Source: Eledone cirrhosa
Taxonomy: Eukaryota
Direction: 5' to 3'
Assembly (NCBI GenBank): GCA_964016885.1
Contig: OZ024752.1
Location: 24,242,001 to 24,306,000, forward strand
DNA: 64,000 nt
Shown: positions 12,956 to 28,220 of the stretch, in pieces
Numbering within the stretch: the stretch's first letter is position 1
How the letters are laid out: every line of letters starts with the position of its first letter
Translations under genes and position numbers: made by a program
The notes under the pieces: generated by a model
The model's input: only the letters and a program-made list of their open reading frames with translations
The model's database searches: none
What the model was told of the DNA's origin: nothing

Positions 12956-13963
12956 TACTAGCTCTTTCAATTGCGCAGAGGGTTCTATAGAAATAGTGGA
13001 CAGCTTCCGTTACCTGGGTGACAAAATCAGCAGTGGGGGAGGGTGCTCTGAAAGTACAGTAGCTAGAGTCAGAACTGGATGGAAAAAGTTCAGAGAGCTT
13101 ATACCACTATTAGCCGCTAAAGGGTTCTCCCTAAAAATGAAAGGCAGGTTGTATGATGCCTGCATACGAACAGCAATGTTGCATGGCAGTGAGACCTGGG
13201 CATTGTGTGCAGAGGATATACGCAGACTAGAGAGGAACGAAGCTTGCATGCTCCGCTGGATCTGTAATAGTAATATACGTGAACGGCAAAGCATAAACGA
13301 ACTAAGGAAAAAATTAGAAATAAGAGGGATCAGATGTTGTTTACTCGAGAGAAGGCTACGTTGGTATGGTCACGTGATGCGCATGAAAGACAACAGCTGT
13401 ATAACAAAGTGCAGGGCAATAAAGATAGACGGTAGCCACGGAGTAGGCAGACCCAGAAAAACCTGGGATGAGCTGATAAATTCCGACCTCAAACACTTAC
13501 ACCTCTCCAAGACAATGTCACTGGACCGAGACCTTTGGCGGTACTCAGTAATAGAGAAAACCCGCCTTACCTAAATACAAAGTAAAACCTACTACAGTCA
13601 GTAGGCATCTCTAACAAAATACACCCCCGTCCCACCACCCCCACCCCATCCACACCGCCCCTTTCAATGTAAAGTTATGTTGGTGCCACAACATCCAGGC
13701 TGAAACAAATAAGATCGTGTAGGTGTCACGACAAAAAAACACACAGTCCACGCTGTAATGTGGCCGTGTAGGCAACACGGTAAAAACCTCCCAAACCCAC
13801 ACTGTAAATGTGGTTGGTGTTAGGAAAGGCATCCAGCTGTAGAAAACCCGCCAGACAGTCCTATGCGAGCAATGACAACCACTCTTGCCTCAAGTGGGAA
13901 AACTCCCGTCCAAACCCATGCAAGCGTGGAACATGGACGTTAAACGATGATGATGATGATGAT
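12956..13963 (+). mobile_element. RTE family 5'-truncated copy (~1 kb)
   Basis: ORF 12996-13574 is near-identical to the C-terminus of copy 1. Full 3' UTR and (GAT)n tail present. Confidence 0.93.
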
Positions 13964-14639
13964 ATATATATAGACTAGTATTCAAGTGTTTAGGGTGAGA
14001 CCGATAACATGGTTAGAACTCATTGAAGAGATGGTTTCAACAAGATTGGGTGGTGAAAGTTATAGTTTTTGTAGTAGGATCTCATAACATAAGGTTTCTT
14101 CTAGAGTTACAGAGTCATTTATATATATGTGTGTGTTTTGAACAATGAAAATAAAACTAGAGACAAAGATATGTTCTTAATTAGTTCATTGTTTTACGAT
14201 CATTTCAGAGGTTTGATTGATCATGGAAGATTGATATATTGACACACAGGTAGTTGTCATGTCACTAACTATTTCTAGTCTCAAAATCCCTGATCAATCA
14301 CACCGTATCTATATATTGATTTACCATGATCAATCAACCCTCAGGGGGTGACTTAGTGGTGAAACAGCACAGTAGATAGAGCTATTAACCCTGTAGCATT
14401 TACATTACTCTATATTTACTATTATATTTTCATGCTAAAGTCTTTATTTCACATAATATTGAATCTATGAGACTTTGATAGTACTTATTTTGAGGACAAT
14501 ACATTTACATCAATATGATAAAGGGTTAAAGACAAGTGACAGGCATGGAAAGACTGAAAAAAGAGAGAAGCTAGAAGACAGGTATACATAACAGAGAGAG
14601 AGGCTGAAAAAAGAAAGTTTGCCAATGTCTTGAGACATG

Positions 14640-15050
14640 AGGATCAGAGGTGTGAAGTGTTCCACATTGCAAGACAGGGAAAGGTGTGTTAGAAATGACA
14701 CTGGTTCAGTTAGCACCACTGACGCTAAAAAAAAAGAGGCTTGGAAATGTTACTATGATAGATTGATGAATGTAGAGAATAAATTAAGAAGCAATCTTAG
14801 ACTTTTGTTTTATGTTCATTGTTTAACACACATCCACATATAATTGACATTCTCTTTGGAATTACTAATGAAACTTTTTAGTGACACAACTACAAGAAGA
14901 TTAAGCCACTATATTTAGCTTTTGTAGATCTAGAAAAGGCCTTTGACAGAGTACCTCACTCTGTTATCTGGTGGTCCTTCAGAAAATTAGGTGTAGAAGA
15001 ATGGTTTGTGAGAGCAGTGCAAGCCATGTACAGAGTAGCTGTCAGTAAAG
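14640..15050 (+). pseudogene. Old, degenerate RTE RT fragments
   Basis: Reads CVRNDTG..DAKKKEAWKCYYDRLMNVEN and KPLYLAFVDLEKAFDRVPHSVIWWSFRKLGVEEWFVRAVQAMY. Confidence 0.75.
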
Positions 15051-15166
15051 GGGTCCAAGAACAGATCCCTATGGTACACTGTATGACATCTCATACAGTG
15101 AAGAATCCTGTCCTAGAACCATGACTACCTCTTCGACTGAGAATGAAGGATTTCAACCAGTTAAAA

Positions 15167-15380
15167 ACTATACACTATGTACATTATATATTATACACTA
15201 TATATGATGTTGTCCAAGACAAAAGCCAATGGCTCATACAGCTTGGCACCAGTAACATTACAACATATATATACTATATATATATTATATATACACTGTG
15301 TACAGTATATATTATACACTATATATGATGTTGTCCAAGAGAAAGGCTATGGCCAATACAGCTTGGCACCAGTAACATCA
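15167..15380. repeat. ~120-bp tandem duplication
   Basis: tatacactatatatgatgttgtccaaga...cagcttggcaccagtaacat occurs twice (~15192 and ~15313). Confidence 0.75.
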
Positions 15381-15384
15381 CAAC

Positions 15385-15512
15385 TCATTTCTACAGATGA
15401 GTAAACAATGTGAAATAAAGTGTCTTGCTCAAGGAAACAACACATCACCCGGTCCGAGAATAGAACTCACAACCATTCGATTGCAAGTCCAATGCTCTAG
15501 CCACTAAGCCAT
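15385..15512 (-). mobile_element. tRNA-derived SINE fragment
   Basis: The minus strand begins atggcttagtggctagagc (A-box-like), followed by gagttctattc (B-box-like) and ccttgagcaagacactt, a typical SINE body. Confidence 0.65.
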
Positions 15513-15939
15513 GATACGTTCCAGAACCAACCGTGATAGAGAGAGACCATAAAGACAACCGTTGTTTTCATAGTTTAAGCCTTAAAATACCTCTCATACA
15601 CGCTTTAAGTACATATAAACTCATTAAAACACACTTTTGTATTTCAACACCAAAAACAGCCAGTAACGATAGTATAGAAACTACCACCAACTATCATACC
15701 ACAAATTACCAATGAGGACTATTGCCAGCCACGGGAGCCACTTGGTAATACACTGCACATCTCTCGTCAATCTATGAAGGGTTTGTAGTTGATTAGAGAA
15801 AAAACTCAATCAGTAAAACAGTAATGGAATGAAAAATAAAAACCTGTTATTATAGTTAAAGCCTTAAGATGTCCCTTCCTTACGATATACACTTTAATAA
15901 CATTTAAACTTATTTAAGTAGTTTAAAATTTAAACACTT

Positions 15940-16086
15940 TTTATTCAGACGAACCGCGATAAGGATATATATATGTTCTAACGAAAAATCCGCGATGTGG
16001 TGATGATTACCGCGATAGGAAATTAGATACGTTCCAAAGAAATATCCGCGATGTTGTGGGACCGCGATATAGCGGTTGATTACTGT
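15940..16086. mobile_element. Probable Tigger/pogo-like DNA transposon end remnant
   Basis: Repeated ccgcgat motifs ending ccgcgatatagcggttgattactg followed by TA. Confidence 0.4.
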
Positions 16087-16261
16087 ATATATACACACAC
16101 AACATACATCTATCTATATACACTCATAACATTTATTTCGATTTTTGACATTAAAATGTTGACTGAGGGTGCGACAACTGTTTCTTGTTTGAGGTTGGTC
16201 CAGTGGTTGAAATATAGACGGAGGTATTTTAAATATTTGTTTCTACTATTGGCACAAGGCC

Positions 16262-16410
16262 AGCAATTACTCAGTACATTACTGGTACTTTATTTTATCG
16301 ACCCCGTAAGAATGAAAGGCAAAGTTAACCTCGGCGGGATTTGAACTCAGAATGGCAAGGGCCACAACTCAAAGCATGGTGTCCGACCCTCTACCGATAC
16401 TGCCAAAAAT
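16262..16410 (+). mobile_element. SINE fragment with Nin-like central domain
   Basis: actggtactttattttatcgaccccgtaagaatgaaaggcaaagttaacctcggcgggatttgaactcagaa resembles the conserved mollusc SINE core (recognised from memory). Confidence 0.65.
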
Positions 16411-16653
16411 AAAGACAGTCATTATAACAATATATTTTATATCACATGTAACAATGGAATCTGGTGATTGAAAAATATCACATCAACATTTCAGTTTGGA
16501 AGTTTTTTTTCTATATATAAAAGTGGAGGAATATATCTAATGTTGCTATATATATTTTCACTTGTATATAATTACAGGATCGTTGTAGGGTTCACATAAT
16601 TATATTATTTACATACATTAATATAGACATTAAGTAAATCTTTGTCAACTTAC

Positions 16654-16856
16654 CTCCTTCACATATAATCAATGTGTTGTGTTGTTAGGTTTTACTAAAC
16701 AACCAAAGAAATAATCTCTTTGTTATGAAATTAGAAGTTTTAAAGATGTTATCAGCTTTATTTCACATTAACGTTGGTGTATCTTCTTCATCTTTAGTCA
16801 TAAATTGATACCTTGTCAGAATGAAGTAGTGAGGCTGACTTTATTTATGTCTTTAG
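16654..16856 (-). other. Candidate non-coding 5' UTR exon of the zinc-finger gene
   Basis: Strong donor GAG|GTAAGT at 16653 and acceptor TGTAG| at 16857, in unique non-TE sequence on the same strand as the ZNF. A further donor AAC|GTAAGA lies at 17344. Confidence 0.35.
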
Positions 16857-17452
16857 CTACAGATTTGATAGGAAATATATATATATTAGGTTGATATGTG
16901 GTCTAAAATATATATATTGTCTATAAATGACTGATAGCAGATGTTCTGGTGAAATAGTAGTTTTACTACTACAGATTGTAATGGAACTCTTAGTAGACAC
17001 AATTGTAAAGTAAGAATAGATATGACAGCGTAAGACTGATGACGGGGAAATAAAATTGTGTGTGTGTATATATATATAATTGTTACACAAGATATAATTA
17101 GATTAATTGAAGACAGCAGGTACTCGGTGTTGTTGTCAATGATTTAACTCCCTTACCGGTGTCATTCGTTAAAAGAACCTGATATAATTTAATACATTCA
17201 GAGAGTTCCAATCGTATTTTATTGATGGTAAATCAAAAAGTATCACTCAGTAAAATATCAATTACATATCTACGTAGTCTCTCTGACTGCTAGAAATAGC
17301 AGTGAAGTTATCCATTACAGATTTTCCTTTCTTTAAACTCTTACGTTTAGTTAAACAATCAACAACAGCAAGTCTTTTGTACAGACATCAGAATAAGCTG
17401 GAAAACCGCCAGAATATCATTCTCCTTCATGCTATCTCTCTCTCTCTCTCTC

Positions 17453-17521
<69 letters not shown>

Positions 17522-17525
<4 letters not shown>

Positions 17526-19620
17526 TTTCTCTTTCTCTTAATTTCGAGTATATTTTTTTGACCGGCCACCTTCCTGGTGGCAAGGTTGTAAAAGAAAAGA
17601 AATTGTCATCCCTTGAATCGCAAGAATCTTTTGCAAATTTTGAAGGTGCCAGCTATCGCGGCCATCTGCAGACTATGAATTAGGGAGCTGCGCTTTTTGT
17701 CCGCAAATCCAAGTTCAGTCATACTTTGGTCCAAGCGGGTTGGTATATAACCCGTAGCACCAATAATGATGGGTATGAAGCTAAAGGTGTATTTTGGATA
17801 CTGGATTTGTAAACTCCTCATCAATAGTCCGTAGATGTCCTCCTTCTCCTGTATTTTTCTGACAACGTTTACATCAAGTGGGCAGCTGATCTCCACAACA
17901 GAACACGTTTTCAATGTGTGGTCCCAAACTACAATATCAGGCCGGTTGTGCTTTAATTTAGTGGCATTTTTTATTTTCAGGTTCCACCAGTATTCCTTAG
18001 TGCCATCTGTCTCAATATATTCTTCCTCGTTTGTTGTTAATTTTGTTTTCCGAAGTGCGTTCCAGATGGTTCTAGCTATCCCATCGTGTCTCATGGGGAG
18101 GTAGTAGCGAGATGACATTCTTTCGTAGCTGGCAACAATGTGGCTTACATCCTCGATCTTTGTTTTACATAGCCTACATTTATTGTCAGCTGCTGGCCCT
18201 CCTCTTTTGTGCAGCAGATATTTGGTAGGGAGTTCTTGTCCCTGTATTGCATAGAGATATCCCTCAAGGTGTGATGTCATAAACTTGTCGGAACTCCATG
18301 CCAGGCTTTTTGAGTGGTTTATCCCCTCTATGGTCTGTGTTTTACGCCTCAAGTATCCATGCACAACTTTTTCTGTAAATTGGTCAATTTTCTTATCTTG
18401 TTTGAACATTGAATAGGATCTTCCGATTTCTCTGGGTGAGAGATTTATATCAGGCTTTATTCCATATCTCTCCTCCAGATCAGTCGCTATTCTAATGATA
18501 TTTCTTTTTTCATGCTCATAAACCTGGGCAAGATGGTTGCCAACCTTTTTCCTCTGTTGAAGGTGTTGCTTCAGTGTTACTATCCGGGTCTCATATATTG
18601 TTAATATTGATTTTAGACCCCGGCCACCTTCCTTGCGTGAGAAGTATAGCCTATCCACATCACCATTGATGTTAAAGTTGCCAGTAACACTGAGAAGTTT
18701 TCGAGTTCTAACATCCATCTCACTTAGTTCTTGCAATGACCAGTTCAGTAGGCCAAATGTTGGCGTTAGAATTGGCACAGCATAAGTATTGTGGGTAATG
18801 TATTTGTTGTATGCTGACAGTTCTGATGACCATATTTTCTTTACTCTTCTGAGGTATTCAGTTCTGGTTCTCTCCTTATTTATGGGTCCATCATATCTGA
18901 CATTCTCATCCTGTCCAAGATATCTGTAGTTGTCACCTGACTGCAGAGGTTGTATTGTCAGGCCGTTCATCTCTAGATTTCTAGAGGAGGGCACAGCTCT
19001 TCCACGTTTTACTGCCAAATATGCACACTTGGACTCACCAAATTTCATTTTGATGTCGGTTGAAAATTGTGTAATGAGGTCCAATTGTTTCTTGATGTCA
19101 TTGATATTTGGCCCATACAACTTCAGGTCATCAACAAAGAAAAGATGGAAGATACTTCTGGGCCCACTTCTTTGTCCACCTTGTTTCCTGAGTAGGTAAG
19201 ATAGTGGATTCAGTGAGAGAATGAATAGTAGCACTGACAAGCTATCACCGTGAAAGATGCCCTTCTGGTAATGTATCTTATCAGTCTTAACCTGCTCCTT
19301 CTCAGCTCTAAGGATCAAATTGGTGTACCAGTTCTTGGTCAGGCGTTCAACAGCAGCTACCAATGGTTGTGGGACTTTAGCTAACTGTAAAGCCTTAATA
19401 ATCCACCCATGAGGTACACTATCAAATGCTTTTTGATAGTCCAGCCACACGACAGTCATGTTTCTGCGATTCTTTGTTGTTTTTTCCTGAATCATTTTGT
19501 TAGTTAGTAGGTGATCTATGCAACCCCACACATCCCTCTTTCCACCAGCTTGCTCAGGTGTTATGATGTTGTTGGTAGCACAGTGATCCTGTAAGAACAG
19601 GTTAAGGCACCCAGTATAGT
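17522..19620 (-). mobile_element. 5'-truncated RLE-type non-LTR retrotransposon (Dong/R4-like)
   Basis: 641-aa ORF 17606-19531, open further upstream (..ITPEQAGG..). It has RT (WLDYQKAFDS, GIFHGDSLS, FVDDLKLY), a knuckle (CRLC..EDVSHIVASY), RHD and a restriction-like endonuclease (NRPDIVVWD..VEISCP). It is flanked by (TATG)n. Confidence 0.9.
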
Positions 19621-19695
19621 ATGTATGTATGTATGTATGTATGTATGTATGTATGTATGTATGTATGTATGTATGTATGTATGTATGTATGTATG

Positions 19696-20166
19696 TGTAG
19701 CGACGTGGTTAGTCAGTCTAGTCACTACTTCTGATCAGATCCGAGAATAGCCCTTAGAAGCACTGTTATCGCATACGATCTGATCAGATCTGAAGATAGC
19801 CCTTAAAAGAACTGTTGAGGATGGACAGACGAAAGCACAAGTTGAAAAGACGAAACAAGGCGAGATGTAAATTCGATCAGCTATTTATTTTCACATGAAG
19901 CGACGATACGAGGTACAAGGCGTGTGTGTTAATGACAAAGCGTGGCTGAGGCGAGGGACAACGATACTCGAGTTGACTCTGCCAAATGTCGACTGGCGAA
20001 GTGTTTGGAACCACTCTATTTATACAGAAATAATCGTTTGATGTTTAGCCGCTGTGTAGGCGTTTATTCTGGTAGCTTTTAAGGGTTCTTTTGTTTCACG
20101 TTGAGGTAGCTAGCTAACAGGTAGATGGCGCTGTATATTTCACATGTTATTTCCGGTGGCTGTACA
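19696..20166 (-). mobile_element. LTR (TGTA...TACA) of a Gypsy-like element with adjacent polypurine tract
   Basis: On the minus strand the PPT GGCAGGGGGGG (20171-20181) precedes TGTACAGCC. There is an internal TATAAATA and AATAAA, and the LTR ends GTCGCTACA. No partner LTR or pol is recognisable. Confidence 0.7.
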
Positions 20167-20894
20167 TTAGCCCCCCCTGCCAGATCTTTTGTACAAAAAA
20201 AGAGCGAAATATCGTATAGTAATGGGCCAGTGGTGCATTTATCATGACAATAGCCCCAGGAGTGTCCAGCACGTTGTGAAATTTTGTGATCATCGAGTAC
20301 AGGACAGAGTTGATGTAGAGATGATATGGCAAGATGTGTGTGTCAGGAAGAGAAAAAAGAAATAAACTATGAAATGACTTTGACCAGATTTATGCAGGCG
20401 TGATGAATGAGCCTGTTGCAATTTGGGTTGAGCTGCCTGTGAATTGCGTGACAAAAAGTCTAACTGGGCAGTGAAGATAACCGTAATGTGTGAACTGAAT
20501 GGCCGTAAGCATGCTGCCTAAAAGTAACAGTTTGCTCCACAGCATATGACTTGAGCCAATGCATGTGGTAAAAAAAGAGCGAGGCATTCTCGAGCTATTG
20601 AGTGAATGTGTACGTGAAAAGAGAAGGCCAGTGTTTTGAGGATGCGATTTGTGAAATGCGTGAGCAAAGAGAAAACATTTTGTAGTGTAAGAATTAGAGG
20701 GACACAAATATCTATTGCTCAGTGTATGAATCAAAAGTAATTTCATGCTCCAAGTAATTTCATTTACCGAAAGAAGGGGAAATTTATTTTTCCAAGCACT
20801 CAAGGGAGGCTTATGCACCAAAGCGAAATGATCCGGTCGGATCATCGCGTATAATCAATTATAAAACCCGATGAAAAGCACAAATAGACTATAT

Positions 20895-23800
20895 CTAAAC
20901 TACCACCAACACTACCACCACCATCACCACCACCAGCTAAACTACCACCAACACTACCACCACCACCACCAAACCCAGCTTAACTACCACCACGACTACC
21001 ACCGCCACTACCACCAGCTAAACTACAACCACCACCACCACCACCAGCTAAACTACCACCAACACCACCACCAGCTAAACTACCACCACCACGACCACTA
21101 CCACCAGCTAAACTACCAGCACCACCAGCTAAACTACCATCAACCACCACCAGCTAAACTACCACCATCACCAGCAGCTAAACTACCACCACCACCACCA
21201 CCACCACCACCACCAACTAAACTACCACCACCGCCAGCTAAACTACCACCACCACCAGCAGCTAAACTACCACCACCGGCAGCTAAACTACAACCACCAC
21301 CAGCTAAACTAGCACCACCACCGCCACCAGCTAAACTACCACCAACAGCATCGCCAGCTACACTACCGCCATCACCACCAGCAGCAGCTAAACTATCAAC
21401 ACCACCACCACCAGCTAAACTATCAACACCACCAACAACAGCTAAACTACTACCAACATCACTACCAGCTAAACTATCACCACCACCACCAGCTAAACTA
21501 CCAGCACCACCACTACCAGCCAAACTAGCAGCACCATCACCACCACCAACTAAACTACCAACACCACCACCACCAACTAAACTACCAACACCACCACTAC
21601 CAGCTAAATTACCACACAACCACCACCACCACCACCACCACCTCCAGCAAAACTACCACCACCACCACCAGCTAAACTACCACCACCAACACCACCAGCT
21701 AAATTACCACCAACACCACCAGCACCAGTTAACCAACCACGACCAGTAAAAACTACCAACACCACCACCATCTTAACTACCACGACAACCACCAACGCCA
21801 CTACCACCAGCTAAACTACCACCGCCACCAGCTAAAGTACTACCAACACTACCACCACCACTACCACCAGCTAAACTAGCAGCAACACCACCACAACCAT
21901 CTAAACTACCAACACCACCACCAGCAGCTAAAACTACCACTAACACCGCCAACAACTAAACTACCACCACCGCCAGCTAAACTACCAACACCACTACCAG
22001 CTGAACTACCACCACAAATACCACCAGCTAAACTACCACCAACACCACCGACAGCTAAACTACCACCACCAGCTAAACAACCACCAACACTACCACCGCC
22101 ATTACCACCAGCTAAACTACCACCAACACCACCACGACCACCACCACCACCACCACCAGCTAAACTACCACCACCAACACCAGCTAAACTACCACCAACA
22201 CCACCAACTAAATTACCACCACCAGCACCACCACCAGCTAAACTACTACCACCACCACCATCACCACCACCACCATCACCACCATCACCACCACCAGCTA
22301 AACTACCACCACCAGCTAAACTACCATCTCCACCACCAGATAAACTACCACCACACCACCAGAAAAACTACCACCACCACCACCAGCTAAACTACCACCA
22401 CCACCAGCTAAACTACCACCACCACCACCACAAGCTAAACTACCACCACCACCACCAGCTGAACTATCACCACCACCATCAACAACACTAGCTAAACTAC
22501 CACCACCACCACTAGCTAAATTACCACCACCACCACCACCACCAGCTAAACTACCACCACCACCGCCAGCTAAATTACCACCACCACCACCAGCTAAACT
22601 ATCAACACCACCACCAGAGGCTAAACTACCAACACCACCAACAATAGCTAAACTACCACCAACACCACCACCAGCTAAACTATCAGCACCACCACTACCA
22701 GCTAAACTAGCACCACCATCACCACCACCAGCTAAACTACCAACACCAGCACCACCAACTAAATTACCAACACCACCACTACCAGCTAAATTACCACCAC
22801 AACCACCACCACTACCACCACCAGCTAAACTACCACCAACACTACCTCCAGCTAAACTACCACCACCACCACCAGCAGCTAAACAACCACCACCACAACC
22901 ACCACCAGCTAAACTACCACCACCAACACCAGCTAAACTACCGCTAACACCACCACCAACTAAACTACCACCACCGCCAGCTAAACTACCACCACCACCA
23001 CCAGCACCAGCTAAACTACCACCACCACCACCAGCTAAACTACCACCAACACCACACCAGCTAAACTACCACTACCACCAGCTAAACAACCACCACCACC
23101 ACCAGTAAAAACTACCAACACCACCACCATCTTAACTACCACGACAACTACCACGACAACCACCACGACCACCACTGCCACTACCACCAGCTAAACTACC
23201 GCCACCACCACCAGCTCAACTACTACCAACACTACCACTGCCACTACCACCAGCTAAATTACCACCACCAGCTAAACTACCACCAACACCACTACCAGCT
23301 AATCTACCACCAACACCACCACCAGCTAAACTACCACAAACACTACCACCGCCACTACCACCAGCTAAACTACCACCAACACCACCACAACCACCACCAC
23401 TGCCACCACCAGCTAAACTACCACCACCACCAGCTAAACTACCAACACCAACACCACCACGAACTAAACTACTACCACCACCACCACCACCACCAGCAAA
23501 ACTACCACCACCACCACCAGCTAAACTACCACCACCACCAGCTAAACTACCACCAACAACACCACCATCAAAACTACCACCACCACTACCACCACCACAA
23601 ACTAAACTACCACCACGACTACCACCAGCTAAACTACCACCAGCACCACAACCAGCTAAACTACGACCAATACCACCAACTAAACTACCACCACCAGCAC
23701 CACCACCAGCTAAACTACAAACACCACCACCAGCTAAACTACTACCACCACCACCACCACCAACTAAACTACCACCACCATTAAGACCATCACAACCACC

Positions 23801-26800
23801 ACCACCACCAGCTAAACTACCACCACCACCAACACCACCAGCAAAACTACCACTACCACCACCAACACCAACTAAACTACCACCACCATCACCAGCTAAA
23901 CAACCAACACCACCACAACCAGCTAAACTAGCACCCCACCAGCTAAACTACCAACATCACCACCACCAGCTAAACCACAACAAACACCACTACCAGCTAA
24001 ACTACAACCACCACCACCACCAGCTAAACTGCTACCAACACTACCACTGCCACTACCACCAGCTAAACTACCACCAACACCACCACCACCAGCAGCACCA
24101 GCTAAACTACCACCACCACCATCAGCTAAACTACCACCACCACCAGCTAAACTACCACCAACACCACCGCCATCAAAACTACCACCACCACTACTACCAT
24201 CACCAACTAAACTACCACCACCACCAGCTAAACAACCACCACCACCACCACCATCTAAACTACCAACACCACCACCGCCATCAAAACTACCACCACCACT
24301 ACCACCATCACCAACTAAACTACCACTACCACCACCACCAGCTAAACAACCACCACCACCACCACCATCTAAACTACCACCACCACCACCACCAGCTAAA
24401 CTACCACCAACACCACCAACTAAACTACCACCACCAGCACCACCACCAGCTAAACTACCAACACCACCACCAGCTAAACTACTACCACCACCATCACCAC
24501 CAGCTATACTACCACTACCATCACCACTATCACCACCCTCACCACCATCACAACCACCACCATCACCAGCATCACGACCATCACCACCACCACCACCACC
24601 ACCAGCTAAACAACCAACACCACCACCACCAGCTAAACAACCAACACCACCACCACCAGCTAAACAACCAACACCACCACCACCAGCTAAACAACCAACA
24701 CCACCACCACCAGCTAAACTACCAACATCACCACCACCAGCTAAACTACAACAAACACCACTACCAGCTAAACTACAAACACCACCACCACCAGCTAAAC
24801 TACTACCAACACTACCACTGCCACTACCACCAGCTATACTCCCACCAACACCACTGCCACCATCTAAACTACCACCACCACCACCAGCACCAGCTAAACT
24901 ACCACCACCACCATCAGCTAAACTGCCACCACCACAACCACCAACTAAATTACCACCAACACTACCACCGCCACTACCACAAGCTAAACAAGCATGCCCA
25001 CCAGCTAAACTACCAAAACCACCACACCACCACCAGCTAAAACCACCACTAACACTGCCACCAACTAAACTACCACCACCACCAGCTAAACTACCACCAC
25101 AACCACCACCAGCTAAACTACCACCAACACCACTACCAGCTAATCTACCACCAACACCACCACCAGCTAAACTACCACAAACACTACCACCGCCACTACC
25201 ACCAGCTAAACTACCACCAACACCACCACGACCACCACCACTGCCACCACCAGCTAAACTACCACCACCACCAGCTAAACTACCAACACCAACACCACCA
25301 CGAACTAAACTACCACCACCACCACCACCACCACCACCACCAGCAAAACTACCACCACCACCACCATCAGCACCACCACCACCACCAGCAAAACTACCAC
25401 CACCAGCTAAACTAGCACCACCACAACCACCAACTAAACTACCACCAACAGGATCACCAGCTACACTACCACCACCACCACCAGCTAAACTACCACCACC
25501 ACCAGCTAAACTATCACCAACAACACCACCATCAAAACTACCACCACCACTACCATCACCACCAACTAAACTACCACCACCACCACCACCAGCTAAACTA
25601 CCACCAGCACCACCACCAGCTAAACTACCACCAACACCACCAACTAAACTACCACCACCAGCACCACCACCAGCTAAACTACAAACACCACCACCACCAC
25701 CAGCTAAACTACTACCACCACCACCACCACCAGCTAAACTACCACCACCATCACCAGCATCACGGCCATCACCACCAACACCACCACCACAACCAGCTAA
25801 ACTACCACCACCACCAACACCACCAGCTAAACTACCACCTTCACCACCACCATCACCACCACCACGACCACCAGCTAAACTACAACCACCACCACCAGCT
25901 AAACTAGCACAACCACAACCACCAACTAAACTACCACCAACAGGATGACCAGCTACACTACCACCACCACCACCATCACCAGCTAAACTACCACCACCAC
26001 CACCACAACCAGCTAAACTACCACCACCACCAACACCACCATCAAAACTACCACCACCACTACCACCACCACCAGCTAAACTACCACCAGCACCACCACC
26101 AGCTAAACTACCACCAACACTACCAACTAAACTACCACCGCCAGCAGCACGACCAGCTAAACTACAAACACCACCACCACCACCAGCTAAACTACTACCA
26201 CCACCACCACCACCAGCTAAACTACCACCACCACCACCACAACGAGCTAAACTACCACCACCACCAACACCACCAGCAAAACTACCACCACCACCATCAC
26301 CACCAGCTATACTACCACCACCATCACCACCATCACCACCCTCACCACCATCACAACCACCACCATCACCAGCATCACGACCATCACCACCACCACCACC
26401 CCCAGCTAAACTACCACCACCACCACCACCAACACCACCAGCAAAACTACCACCACCATCACCAGCTAAACAACCAACACCACCACCACCAGCTAAACTT
26501 GCACCCCACCAGCTAAACTAGCAACATCACAACCAACCAGCTAAACTACAACAAACACCACTACCAGCTAAACTACAACCACCACCACCACCAGCTAAAC
26601 TACTACCAACACTACCACTACCACTACCACCAGCTAAACTACCACCAACACCACCACCACCATCTAAACTACCACCACCACCACCAGCTCCAGCTAAACT
26701 ACCACCACCACCATCAGCTAAACTACCACCACCACCACCACCAGCTAAACTACCACCAACACCACCGCCATCAAAACTACCACCACCACTACCACCATCA

Positions 26801-28188
26801 CCAACTAAACTACCACCACCACCACCACCAGCTAAACAACCACCACCACCATCTAAACTACCACCACCACCACCAACTAAACTACCACCACCAGCACCAC
26901 CACCAGCTAAACTGCCACCACCACCACCAGCTAAACTACTACCACCACCATTACCACCAGCTATACCACCACCCCCATCACCACCATCACCACCATCACA
27001 ACCACCACCATCACCAGCTAAACTACCACCACCACCACCAACAGCTAAACTACCAGCACCACCACCATCACCACCACCACCACCAGCAACACCACCAGCT
27101 AAACTACCACTACCATCACTACCACCACCACCAACTAATTACCACCACCACCACCAGCTAAACTACCACCACCACAACCACCAGCTAAACTACCACCACC
27201 ACCACCAGCTAAATTACCACCACCACCACAACCAACTAAACTACCAACACCACCACTACCACCACCACCACCAGCTAAACTAACACCACCACCACCACCA
27301 GCTAAACTACCACCACCACCACCACCATCACCATCACCACCACCACCAGCTAAACTACCACTACCACCACCACTACCACCATCACCACCACCACCACCAC
27401 CACCAGCAAAACTACCACCACCACCACACCAGCTAAACTACCACCACCAACACCACCAGCTAAATTACCACCAACACCACCAGCACCAGCTAAACAGCCA
27501 CCACCACCACCACCAGTAAAAACTACCAACACCAGCACCATCTTAACTACCACGTCAACCACCACGACCACCAACGCCACTACCACCAGCTAAACTACCA
27601 CCACCAGCTAAACTAGCACCACCACCACCAGCTAAAACTACCACTAACACCGCCACCAACTAAACTACCACCACCGCCAGCTAAACTACCAAAACCACTA
27701 CCAGCTAAACTACCACCACAACCACCACCAGCTAAACTACCACCAACACCACTGCCAGCTAAATTACCACCAACACCACCAGCACCAGCTAAACAACCAC
27801 CACCAACACCACGAGCTAAATTACCACCAACACCACTACCAGCTAAACTACCACGAACACCACCACCAGCTAATCTACCACCACCACCAGCTAAACTACC
27901 ACCAACACTACCACCGCCACTACCACCAGCTAAACTACCACCAACACCACCGCCATCAAAACTACCAACACCACTAGCACCACCACCAACTAAACTACCA
28001 CCACCACCACCACCAGCTAAACTACCACCAGCACCACCACCAGCTAAACTACCTTCACCACCACCACCAACACCACCAGCTAAACTACCACTACCACCAC
28101 CACCACCACCACCACCAACTAAACTACCACCACCATCGCCACCACCACAAGCACCAGCTAAACTACCTCCACCACCACCAGCTAAACT

Positions 28189-28220
<32 letters not shown>

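Noticed and set aside
14207-14342. Imperfect ~30-bp inverted repeat
   Set aside because: Too degenerate to assign as a MITE or RNA hairpin, and no TSD is evident.
20181-20870. 151-aa minus ORF next to the LTR as possible integrase or env
   Set aside because: No recognisable retroelement motifs.
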